Assembly (NCBI GenBank): GCA_045631965.1
Contig: JAZQVR010000003.1
Coordinates: forward strand, 55,031 to 87,030
Direction: 5' to 3'
DNA: 32,000 bases
Origin: Acutalibacteraceae bacterium
Lineage (GTDB): Bacteria; Bacillota; Clostridia; Oscillospirales; Acutalibacteraceae
Below, in pieces: positions 4,906 to 12,525 of the stretch; the first letter of the stretch is position 1; each line of letters opens with the position of its first letter. The notes beneath the pieces are model-generated. The model had not been told where the DNA came from. It ran no database searches and worked only from the letters and a program-made list of their open reading frames with translations. The translations under genes and the position numbers were made by a program.

Positions 4906-6570
4906 TACTTGTGTTGTGCTGTCGTAGCCGTAAACACGTTCATATTCTTTTTTTGCATCAAGTGTTAATGTAAAGATGTAGAAACGGTCACTATTTGAAC
5001 GGGTGGTGATTTCATCCACGGTCATATTCAAAAACTCGGCAATTTCTTTCTTGAATTCACTTTTTTTAGCTGTATAACCGTTATTGGTATCAACACACCA
5101 GGCTCTGAAAACATCAAACATTCTTCGGCAACTGCAATTATCTTTTGGGATATCAGAAGAACGCAAAACACAACATTCTTTGTAAAAAGAAATAACAGGG
5201 CTGTTGCTTTCGGCGTATTCTTTCAAAAGTTCTTTACTGCTTTCAGGTATGCTGAATATATAGCCATTGTCAATTGCTTGTTTTAGGGCAACGAGAGCCT
5301 TTTGAACAATTCCTTCACGCTCTGCAAACATTTTATCGCATAAGTGCTTATCCTGCTTATTTGACGGTATAACGTTATTGCATTCAACAATTATAAAACG
5401 GTCATATACCCATTGCCCACGGTCACCACCAAAACGGGGGAGTTCGTTAGTTCCAAACCACAATAAACCGTTATAACGTGCCGAAAACTTATCCTTGCCT
5501 TTTCGTTCAAAGTCGATTGAATCGCCGCCGGTTAAAAGTTTCAGTTTCTTTAACTGTCCGATTTTCATAAAGCTCATGTCGGCGCATCCGGCAAGTCGTT
5601 TACCGTACAAATTTGCCATGCCGAAACGGCTTTCGATGTCGGCAAGATCAACAGCACAACTGTTATTATTTCCTATAATCCGCTCAACAAGGAGTCTGAG
5701 CTGTGACTTGCCTGTATCACCTTTGCCAACAAGAAACAAAACCTTTTTGAAACGGTAACCGCATATATTTGAGAAAACCGCTCCGATGAATTCAAGCAAT
5801 AATTTCTGCTTTTTATCATCGCCATCGGTTAAAGCTTTCAAGTAATTATCAAATATCGGCGTATCACACGGTTGGTTGGACCATTGCAACGGCAGCTGAA
5901 TACTTGATAAGCATTCGGGGGAATGTTCGGTAAGCTCCATAGTTTCAAGGTTTAACAAACCGTTTTGAAAATTGATTATATTTTCATTTTGGTCGAGTTC
6001 ATCAGGTGTTATGTATGTCAAGTCAGTCGAGAGATTTTTAAATACCTCATCAACATCTCGCATAAGCAACAGGCTTTCATCAAAATCGGTTATATATCGT
6101 TTGATATAGCCTTTGAATGTAGCATCAGAAACGGCTGCATAAACACCATTGCGGTAAAAATAAAAGTTTGCTGTATTAGTTAGAGGGTCACGAACAAGTT
6201 TAAAATGTTCTCTTTCTCTGAAAGTTTTGGCAAGCAATGCAGGATTAATGAACTTGTTGCCGCTTTTATCTTTAATAATAAAGCTTGGTTCCGTGTAGCT
6301 TTCATCATATCCTTTGCTTATTCTTTTGTATTCTTCAGCACGATGTTTGATAAGTTTCTTAACTTCTGATTTTATACCAAGCTCTGCCGCTCTGTCAGTA
6401 ACAAGGCATATTACCCGTTCGCGTTGAAAATCATCTTGAATACTATCAAAGATTTTATAAAAAAATTCTGTTGAGAGCAAATCTTCTTTAGTTACTGATT
6501 CAAAATCTGGAACATTCAGTTCTTCGATTTTTTCAAAATCAATCAAGGAATTATCCTCCTTAACCGACAC
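4882..6570 (-). CDS. Phage/plasmid primase-helicase, P4/D5 family (SF3 NTPase)
   Basis: Walker A motif LVGKGDTGKS. The segments NGLLNLETMELTEHSP..., LLEFIGAVF and LKLLTGGDSIDFERKGKD match the P4-type primase C-terminal region as I recall it. The likely true start is the TTG at 6546, 7 nt after AAGGAGGA. The GTG at 6570 overlaps the upstream gene. Confidence 0.8.
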   Translation of the reverse strand: MSVKEDNSLIDFEKIEELNVPDFESVTKEDLLSTEFFYKIFDSIQDDFQRERVICLVTDRAAELGIKSEVKKLIKHRAEEYKRISKGYDESYTEPSFIIKDKSGNKFINPALLAKTFREREHFKLVRDPLTNTANFYFYRNGVYAAVSDATFKGYIKRYITDFDESLLLMRDVDEVFKNLSTDLTYITPDELDQNENIINFQNGLLNLETMELTEHSPECLSSIQLPLQWSNQPCDTPIFDNYLKALTDGDDKKQKLLLEFIGAVFSNICGYRFKKVLFLVGKGDTGKSQLRLLVERIIGNNNSCAVDLADIESRFGMANLYGKRLAGCADMSFMKIGQLKKLKLLTGGDSIDFERKGKDKFSARYNGLLWFGTNELPRFGGDRGQWVYDRFIIVECNNVIPSNKQDKHLCDKMFAEREGIVQKALVALKQAIDNGYIFSIPESSKELLKEYAESNSPVISFYKECCVLRSSDIPKDNCSCRRMFDVFRAWCVDTNNGYTAKKSEFKKEIAEFLNMTVDEITTRSNSDRFYIFTLTLDAKKEYERVYGYDSTTQVTVTKKCH

Positions 6571-6808
6571 GGCGAATGCAGCTCACGTTTGATAATGCAT
6601 CTGTATCAGTTACAAGCTGGCCGCTCAGATATTGCTGCAAGGTGTCAAAGTTTACAAGTATTTTATTGCCGGCGCGGATATGCGGCAGTGCTCCGGAGCG
6701 AACAGCTCGGCGTAAGGCTGATTCTGTAAATGAAGTACCGCTGTCAATTTCTTTCAGCTCAGCTATTGCTGCCTTAATTGTTCGCATACGTGGTGTAGTG
6801 TTGCTCAT
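6560..6808 (-). CDS. Excisionase-family / MerR-like HTH DNA-binding protein (82 aa)
   Basis: The segment FTESALRRAVRSGALPHIRAGNKILVNFDTLQQYL is typical of excisionase-type HTH_17 domains. Its start is coupled to the upstream stop (TAATG). Confidence 0.7.
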   Translation of the reverse strand: MSNTTPRMRTIKAAIAELKEIDSGTSFTESALRRAVRSGALPHIRAGNKILVNFDTLQQYLSGQLVTDTDALSNVSCIRRVG

Positions 6809-6984
6809 TAATTCGCCCCCTTCAACTCTAAAATGATAGCTCTGATTTCTGCTTTTTCTTCATCCGAAAGTTCTTTACGAAGTTTACGGCTGAAATGACT
6901 ATCTGTGATACCGAGTTTATCAGCTATTTGCCAAAGTTTTACACCTGCATTCATAGCTTCGCTTTTAATGTCTAAATTGCTCAT
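6808..6984 (-). CDS. Unannotated 58-aa Cro-like HTH protein MSNLDIKSEAMNAGVKLWQIADKLGITDSHFSRKLRKELSDEEKAEIRAIILELKGAN
   Basis: ATG at 6984 with GAGGTGA 5 nt upstream. The segment VKLWQIADKLGITDSHFSRKL looks like an HTH. First gene of the leftward operon, divergent from the repressor. Below the 60-aa cutoff of the ORF track. Confidence 0.65.
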   Translation of the reverse strand: MSNLDIKSEAMNAGVKLWQIADKLGITDSHFSRKLRKELSDEEKAEIRAIILELKGAN

Positions 6985-7008
6985 ATCTTCACCTCTGAAT
7001 AAATATTA

Positions 7009-7070
7009 TTGACACAAAGCAACCTCTGTGTTACAATTCAAATTGTAATGCAACAGCATCAACTTGTCAA
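7009..7070. promoter_or_regulatory. Interdigitated divergent promoter pair (genetic switch)
   Basis: Plus strand: TTGACA (7009-7014), 17-nt spacer, TACAAT (7032-7037). Minus strand: TTGACA (7070-7065), 17-nt spacer, TACAAT (7047-7042). The two -10 boxes form the arms of the perfect palindrome TTACAAT-TCAA-ATTGTAA (7031-7048). Confidence 0.65.
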
Positions 7071-7131
7071 CATATATATTGCCAAAAAATATTAAAAGCA
7101 ACAAAACAATGACATATCGGAGGCGTATAAA

Positions 7132-7776
7132 ATGTTATGTGGTGATAAAATAGGAAAAAGACTTAAAGAATGCAGGCTGTTATTGGGAGAAAAACAAACA
7201 GAAATTGCAAAACTCCTCAATGTTCAAAGACAAGTTATTAGTTATTATGAAACCGGATTACGTATACCTAATATAAATGATTTGGTTATGTTAGCCGAAC
7301 ATTTTGGCGTGTCAGTCGATTATCTTTTGGGATTATCGGAATACAAGAGCAGAGATGCTCAAAAAGCTGCAGCGTGTAAAGTTACGGGTTTAACAGAAAT
7401 GGCAGCTGATGTTTTGGAAAAGTGGAATAAGCAAGGTGATATTGACTATCTGTCAGTAGTAAACTTGCTTATAGAAAGTCACGGGTGTAAGGCGATAAAT
7501 TTAGATACACCAACTGTTAAATATGATTTGAATCTGATTGCTAAAATAGCAACATATTTATTTGTGAATATAAAAAATGATCCTGAGACTTCTGTATCGA
7601 TTTCTGATAATAATTGTTTATCTAACATGAATTCCGGCATTTCTTATGATATTAAGATAAATCAATCAGATCTTATTGAAAGAATTTTGCTTGATAGCAT
7701 AGTTGATTCGCTTAAAACCGCTCGAAAAATTATTTCTGCAAGTAAAGAAGGTGCAATCGGTGGCGAACATAACTAA
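7132..7776 (+). CDS. XRE/cI-like repressor with a non-peptidase C-terminal domain (214 aa)
   Basis: The N-terminal segment IGKRLKECRLLLGEKQTEIAKLLNVQRQVISYYETGLRIPNINDLVMLAEHFGVSVDYLLGL is an XRE HTH. GGAGG lies 8 nt upstream of the ATG. I saw no S24 Ser/Lys (LexA-like) motif in the C-terminal ~140 aa. Confidence 0.75.
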   Translation: MLCGDKIGKRLKECRLLLGEKQTEIAKLLNVQRQVISYYETGLRIPNINDLVMLAEHFGVSVDYLLGLSEYKSRDAQKAAACKVTGLTEMAADVLEKWNKQGDIDYLSVVNLLIESHGCKAINLDTPTVKYDLNLIAKIATYLFVNIKNDPETSVSISDNNCLSNMNSGISYDIKINQSDLIERILLDSIVDSLKTARKIISASKEGAIGGEHN

Positions 7777-9142
7777 ACGTGGGGACACGTACACAATAAG
7801 GGTTTCTGCCGGGTATGACATAAACGGTAAAAAGATGCTGCGTAATATGACCTGGAAGCCTGAACCGGGTATGACGAAACGGCAGATTGAAAAGGAGCTT
7901 GAGCGGCAGGCGGTTTTGTTTGAGGAAAGTGTAAAAAATGGCCTTTGCATGGGTTCAAATATCAAGTTTGCGGACTTTGCTGAAAAGTGGATGAACGAAT
8001 ATGCAAGAAAGCAGCTCAGGCCGAAGACGGTTGCACATTATGAAGCATTATTACCGAGAATAAATGCAGCCATGGGACACTTGAAAATTGAGAAAATACA
8101 GCCGCACCATTTGTTATCGTTTTATAATAACCTGGCAGAAAAGGGCATCAGGCTCGATACAAAGTACATTGCTACAGTAGATTTGCGGAAAGTTATAAAG
8201 GAAAATAAATTCACTTTTAAGACGCTTGCAGAGAAAGCCGGCATATCTGAACAGAGCATTTCAGCTGCCGCAAAAGGCAATACCATTTCTATAAAGACCG
8301 CTCAAGCGATTAGTTCCGCTCTCGGTGTGAATATTAAAAAGCTGTTCAAAGCGGTTGATGAAGATAAAACTCTTTCCGGCAAGACAATGCAGCATTATCA
8401 CCGCCTTATTTCGTCAATAATGAATACGGCTGTGCAATGGCAAGTTATAAGTAATAACCCTTGCAGCCGTGTGAAGCCGCCAAAAGCTGAGCGGAAAGAA
8501 GCGGAATATCTTGATGAGGTTCAGGCCGTGCAGCTGCTTCAATGCCTCGAGAACGAACCGATAGTATATAAAACACTTTTTACGGTGATTTTATATTCCG
8601 GTATGAGAAGGGGCGAAGCTTGCGGTCTGGAATGGTCCGATATTGACCTTGAGAATGGAATTGTAGATATAAATAAATCAAGTTTATATTTACCGGGCAA
8701 AGGTGTTTTTGACGATGATACAAAAAACGCAACCTCACGCCGTGTTATAAGATTACCTGCGCCGGCTGTGGCCGCTCTCAAAGCATTAAGGATATACCAA
8801 GCTCAAGAGCGGTTGAAGCTCGGTGAACAATGGCAAAATAGTGGTAAAGTTTTCACTGCCTGGAATGGTGTTCCGATACACCCGGACACTGTAAGCAGTT
8901 GGTTTCACGATTTTGTTAAAAGGCATAACCTTCCTAACGTTCACGTTCACAGTCTGCGACATACAAACGCAACGTTGCTGATTTACAACGGCACCGATAT
9001 AAAAACGGTTTCTCAACGCTTAGGCCACGCAAACGTAACCACTACCGGCAATATCTACACCCACGCAATAAAAACAGCTGACGAACGAGCGGCCGAAGCC
9101 TTGGCTGATATTCTTGTACTAAAAGAGAAAAAGAATGCATAA
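7760..9142 (+). CDS. int: Site-specific tyrosine integrase (about 460 aa from the GTG at 7760)
   Basis: Catalytic-region motifs SGMRRGEACGLEW, HSLRHTNATLL and GHANVTTTGNIYTH. The typical N-terminus ANITKRGDTYTIRVS follows the GTG at 7760, which has GAAGG upstream. The track ORF start at 7703 overlaps the repressor and is probably not used. Confidence 0.9.
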   Translation: MANITKRGDTYTIRVSAGYDINGKKMLRNMTWKPEPGMTKRQIEKELERQAVLFEESVKNGLCMGSNIKFADFAEKWMNEYARKQLRPKTVAHYEALLPRINAAMGHLKIEKIQPHHLLSFYNNLAEKGIRLDTKYIATVDLRKVIKENKFTFKTLAEKAGISEQSISAAAKGNTISIKTAQAISSALGVNIKKLFKAVDEDKTLSGKTMQHYHRLISSIMNTAVQWQVISNNPCSRVKPPKAERKEAEYLDEVQAVQLLQCLENEPIVYKTLFTVILYSGMRRGEACGLEWSDIDLENGIVDINKSSLYLPGKGVFDDDTKNATSRRVIRLPAPAVAALKALRIYQAQERLKLGEQWQNSGKVFTAWNGVPIHPDTVSSWFHDFVKRHNLPNVHVHSLRHTNATLLIYNGTDIKTVSQRLGHANVTTTGNIYTHAIKTADERAAEALADILVLKEKKNA

Positions 9143-9217
9143 AACACAAAGGAGCGCAACACCCGGAAAGAGTGAAACGCTCCATATTTTTTGCCGCTCA
9201 ACAGTACATTTTTAATG

Positions 9218-9243
9218 CATTGGTACACAAATAGTACACAAAT
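9218..9243 (+). promoter_or_regulatory. Putative integrase arm-type sites, right arm
   Basis: CATTGGTACACAAATAGTACACAAA matches 857-880 at 23 of 24 positions in the same orientation. A further GTACA half-site lies at 9204-9208. Confidence 0.5.
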
Positions 9244-9323
9244 CGCTCGTTTTAGCTTGCTTTTTAAGCCGCTCGATAAAAAAGAAAAAGCCCAAAACCG
9301 TTGATTTAAAGCGGTTTTAGGCT

Positions 9324-9369
9324 TGGCGCGCTGGAAGGGACTCGAACCCCTGACCTTTTGGTTCGTAGC
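9324..9369. repeat. attR core within the tRNA gene
   Basis: Identical to 698-743. Confidence 0.9.
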
Positions 9370-9400
9370 CAAACACTCTATCCAGCTGAGCTACCAGCGC
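9324..9400 (-). tRNA. tRNA-Arg (anticodon ACG), CCA encoded
   Basis: The reverse complement GCGCTGG TA GCTC AGCTGGATA GAGT G TTTGG CTACGAA CCAAA AGGTC AGGGG TTCGAGT CCCTT CCAGCGC G CCA folds by hand into a canonical cloverleaf. The acceptor stem has 7 perfect base pairs. Confidence 0.9.
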
Positions 9401-9516
9401 AAAAGTGCGGTTTTTTGACCGCTCAAGTATATTAGCACACTTGTTTGAAAAAAGCAAGTGTTTTTTAGTTATTTTTCAAAAATATTTTTCAAGCTGTCCG
9501 ATTTTCTTTGCTTGGA

Positions 9517-9563
9517 ATAAAAAACAAGCTGTCATTCCGTATTGTTGCGGTGATGACAGCTTG
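9517..9563 (-). terminator. Rho-independent terminator of the MBOAT-DHHW operon
   Basis: 11-bp perfect stem CAAGCTGTCAT/ATGACAGCTTG (9525-9535/9553-9563), followed on the minus strand by TTTTTTATT. Confidence 0.8.
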
Positions 9564-9569
9564 AATGTT

Positions 9570-10880
9570 TTATGAAATTTTGCCGAGCTGATTTACGAGA
9601 GAATTGTTTCGTGTGGCGGATATATTGTTGACGAATATTACATCGTCAATGCCGTTTGTTTCGACAAACTCGGTGATGTTGCCGCTCCAGTATCTGTAGT
9701 CGATAACGTGTATCTCACCATAGTTTTCGGTAAGGAAGGGTACCATAGCGTTGCCGAATGATTCTTTGATAACTACGCACGATGAGCCGTCGGTGATTGC
9801 AGGGTTGACGATATGGGTATAGGGATTATCACCGCCGATGAATGCGTTGTACTTTGAGCCTCTGCTCCAGTCCGAAACATCGGTAATAACATTCCACTTG
9901 ACCTGCTTGCCGTCGTGATTGGTATAAGTGAGCTTTACATTACCCTTGGGTGCATAGGCGTATACGGTGTCGGGATTCTTCTCGAGTGCGGGATTCTTTT
10001 CGGAGTCATTGTAGAATGCACCTACAAAGTTGTCAAACTTCCGCTCGTTGAAATCTGACAAAGCGGCAGTCTTTATTCCTGCAGCCTTGGTGTATTCGCA
10101 GTAGGCGTAGTATGCACCGAGTGCCGTCCAGTGGTGGTCGGTGCGGAAATAGACATATTCGTTTCTGTGGGCATAAATCGAGTCGAAAGCATTGACTTTA
10201 TATGCGTTGGCAGAAATGTTGCGATAGATATAGTTGATAGCATCTTTCTGATTACTTGTGTTTATGTCTTTGCGTACTGCAGCACTGAGCGTGATATCGG
10301 TACTGGTGGGTACGACGATATCGAAAACTCTTGCCTTACCGTTGAGTTTATCGGCTGTATAGCTTACGGTAAGTGCATATCTGTCGGCAGTTGCTTTTAC
10401 GAAACTGTAGTATTCGTAAGCTGAATCATCGACAATCAGCACCGCTCCAAGCTTTTGCACAAGGTTGCTGTCTACCGCTTCATCTTCCGGAAGAGTGTTT
10501 TCTTCAAAATCATCGTACTCCAGGGTGAGCGGAGGAGTGTCTGTATCCGGAATTTCATCGGCGATGGTATCTGTTGAACCGCTTATGCTGCTGCCTATGC
10601 CGTAGAATGATTCGATTTTGGCTTTTGCACCGATGAACATCTCGCGGAACGGAAATGTGTCGGCATACCAAGTGCTGATATCGCTGAAATAGCTGCCGTC
10701 GACAAGTGCAGAAAAGCTGAACTCGGGGAATTTAGCAAGCTCACGCTTTTCTTCTTCCGAATAAGTCGGCCTGAGCGGCAGATAAAGTGCAACCGCAGCC
10801 CCTAAAAACAGCAACACAAAAAAGCTGATTGCAACAGGCTTTGCACCTTTGAACTTTGGTTTGTTTGTTTCTTTCATCAA
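9570..10880 (-). CDS. DHHW-family protein (AlgJ/DltD-like partner of the MBOAT acyltransferase)
   Basis: N-terminal TM anchor and the signature motif YFRTDHHWT. Lies immediately downstream of an MBOAT gene. Confidence 0.8.
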   Translation of the reverse strand: MMKETNKPKFKGAKPVAISFFVLLFLGAAVALYLPLRPTYSEEEKRELAKFPEFSFSALVDGSYFSDISTWYADTFPFREMFIGAKAKIESFYGIGSSISGSTDTIADEIPDTDTPPLTLEYDDFEENTLPEDEAVDSNLVQKLGAVLIVDDSAYEYYSFVKATADRYALTVSYTADKLNGKARVFDIVVPTSTDITLSAAVRKDINTSNQKDAINYIYRNISANAYKVNAFDSIYAHRNEYVYFRTDHHWTALGAYYAYCEYTKAAGIKTAALSDFNERKFDNFVGAFYNDSEKNPALEKNPDTVYAYAPKGNVKLTYTNHDGKQVKWNVITDVSDWSRGSKYNAFIGGDNPYTHIVNPAITDGSSCVVIKESFGNAMVPFLTENYGEIHVIDYRYWSGNITEFVETNGIDDVIFVNNISATRNNSLVNQLGKIS

Positions 10881-10903
10881 TTAATCCTCTGTATAAAGTG
10901 TTG

Positions 10904-12331
10904 TCAGAATTGGAAGTAAAGGAAGGGGTTATAGCTGTCGCCTACAAGTAAAGCTGTAGAGAGCAGAAGCATTGCGCAGGGATAAGCTGTTCTGCATACG
11001 GTTACAAATGTTGCACCTGCTTTGCTCTTTACGAATATACTGTTGAGTATGCCTTTTATGAGCTTGGCAATCGGTATGCAAGCCAGCACAGCGACAATCA
11101 GCAGGAAGATATGACTCTTGAAATCTATATCTGCTTCGTAGCTTGTGAACGGATTTCCGTTGCCGCCAAACATACCTTTGAGTGCAGTGAACATAGTGGA
11201 AATGTTTTCAAACTTAAAGAGTACCCAACCAAAGAAAACAATAACCAACGTATAGATGTGCGAGAATATTCTCGGAAGTTTTTCAAGTATTTTGCCGAGG
11301 AACAGCTTTTCGAGGGCGATAAATATGAAATAATAAAGGCCCCAGAACATATAGTTCCAGCTTGCGCCGTGCCAGAAACCTGTGAGGAACCAGGTTATAA
11401 GCAGGTTTACTATGGTGCGTGCACCGCCTTTGCGGTTGCCGCCGAGAGGAATGTATACATAGTCCCGGAAGAAAGAGCCGAGCGAAATGTGCCACCTTCT
11501 CCAGAATTCGCTTATTGAACGTGAACAGTAAGGATAATCGAAATTCTCTTTGTAGTGGAAACCGGTCATTCGTCCCATACCTATCGCCATATCTGAGTAA
11601 GCGGAGAAATCGAGATATATCTGCAGAGAAAAGAACAGCATACCGAGCCACAGTGCAGATGCGGGTCGTGCCTGAATATTCTGAGCGAAAAGAAGAGAAT
11701 CTGCCATTTCGCCGCAGCTGTTTGCAAGAAGTGATTTTTTGGCAAGACCTGTAGCAAAGCGGATTATGCCTGCTGCCATATCGGATTCGTTTACACTTCG
11801 GCTGGATATTTCACGTGCAATATCCTTATATCTGACAATCGGACCTGCAACGCACTGATGGAACAGGCTTGCGTAAAGCAGGACGTTGAAGAAATTTCTT
11901 TCTGCTTTTACATCGCCTCTGTAAACATCGACAACATAGGTCAGAAGCTGGAATGTATAAAAAGAAATACCTATAGGCAGGGCAATCTGAGTTATTACGG
12001 ACGGATGGCCTGTTACGGACTGAAGGTTTTCCTGGAAAAATGTACCGTATTTGAATATGCCGAGCAGACCGAGGTCGACAACACAGGTTGTAATAACGGC
12101 AAGCTTTGATATAAGACTGCCTCTGTTTTTTTCGACGGCAAGCGATAACAGCCAGTCGATAAAACTCATCGCGACAAGCAACAATACATATTTTGGCTCA
12201 CCCCAAGCATAAAATACGAGGGAAAAAATGAGCATTATCGCATTTCGCACGGGTGTGCTTTTTGCCAGATAATACAAGGCGATATTCAAAGGCAGGAAAA
12301 GGAATACAAAAAACAAACTGGAAAATACCAT
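10904..12331 (-). CDS. MBOAT-family O-acyltransferase (AlgI/DltB-like)
   Basis: Polytopic membrane protein with the conserved segment FWRRWHISLGSFFRDYVYIPLGGNR, which includes the MBOAT catalytic His region. Confidence 0.85.
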   Translation of the reverse strand: MVFSSLFFVFLFLPLNIALYYLAKSTPVRNAIMLIFSLVFYAWGEPKYVLLLVAMSFIDWLLSLAVEKNRGSLISKLAVITTCVVDLGLLGIFKYGTFFQENLQSVTGHPSVITQIALPIGISFYTFQLLTYVVDVYRGDVKAERNFFNVLLYASLFHQCVAGPIVRYKDIAREISSRSVNESDMAAGIIRFATGLAKKSLLANSCGEMADSLLFAQNIQARPASALWLGMLFFSLQIYLDFSAYSDMAIGMGRMTGFHYKENFDYPYCSRSISEFWRRWHISLGSFFRDYVYIPLGGNRKGGARTIVNLLITWFLTGFWHGASWNYMFWGLYYFIFIALEKLFLGKILEKLPRIFSHIYTLVIVFFGWVLFKFENISTMFTALKGMFGGNGNPFTSYEADIDFKSHIFLLIVAVLACIPIAKLIKGILNSIFVKSKAGATFVTVCRTAYPCAMLLLSTALLVGDSYNPFLYFQF

Positions 12332-12525
12332 ATTTCTCTTTCAGTAACTATTGGTTACTTTACTCCACACTAAATTTTCAAAATAGAATTACAGAACACT
12401 ATAACGGACATTATAATAATACAAAAAAGGACAAAGTTCAAGCAAAATAACAAAGCTGTAACCAACATGTCATTATTTTGTAAACTATGCCCTTTTATTC
12501 GTATTATACTATGTAGTTTTTGGTG

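Larger units (their letters stand above)
698..9369. mobile_element. Integrated ~8.6-kb satellite-like (PICI-like) island in tRNA-Arg
   Basis: Bounded by 46-bp perfect direct repeats, with the integrase next to the tRNA end. Contains a repressor/Cro-like switch, an excisionase-type HTH, a primase-helicase with an iteron origin, and a sigma-like regulator. No capsid, tail, lysis, relaxase or T4SS genes. GC looks lower than the flanks by eye. Confidence 0.85.

Noticed and set aside
7703-7759. N-terminal 19-codon extension of the integrase ORF
   Set aside because: It overlaps the repressor coding region. The canonical integrase N-terminus begins at the GTG at 7760, which has an upstream GAAGG.
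698-9369. The island as an ICE/IME or a small prophage
   Set aside because: No relaxase, coupling protein or T4SS genes and no capsid, tail or lysis genes are present. The content fits a satellite better.
9055-9372. 105-aa minus-strand ORF
   Set aside because: It begins inside the tRNA/att sequence and overlaps the integrase 3' end in antisense.
11111-11754. Several 110-135-aa ORFs on both strands within the MBOAT gene
   Set aside because: They lie within or antisense to a 475-aa ORF that has clear MBOAT motifs.
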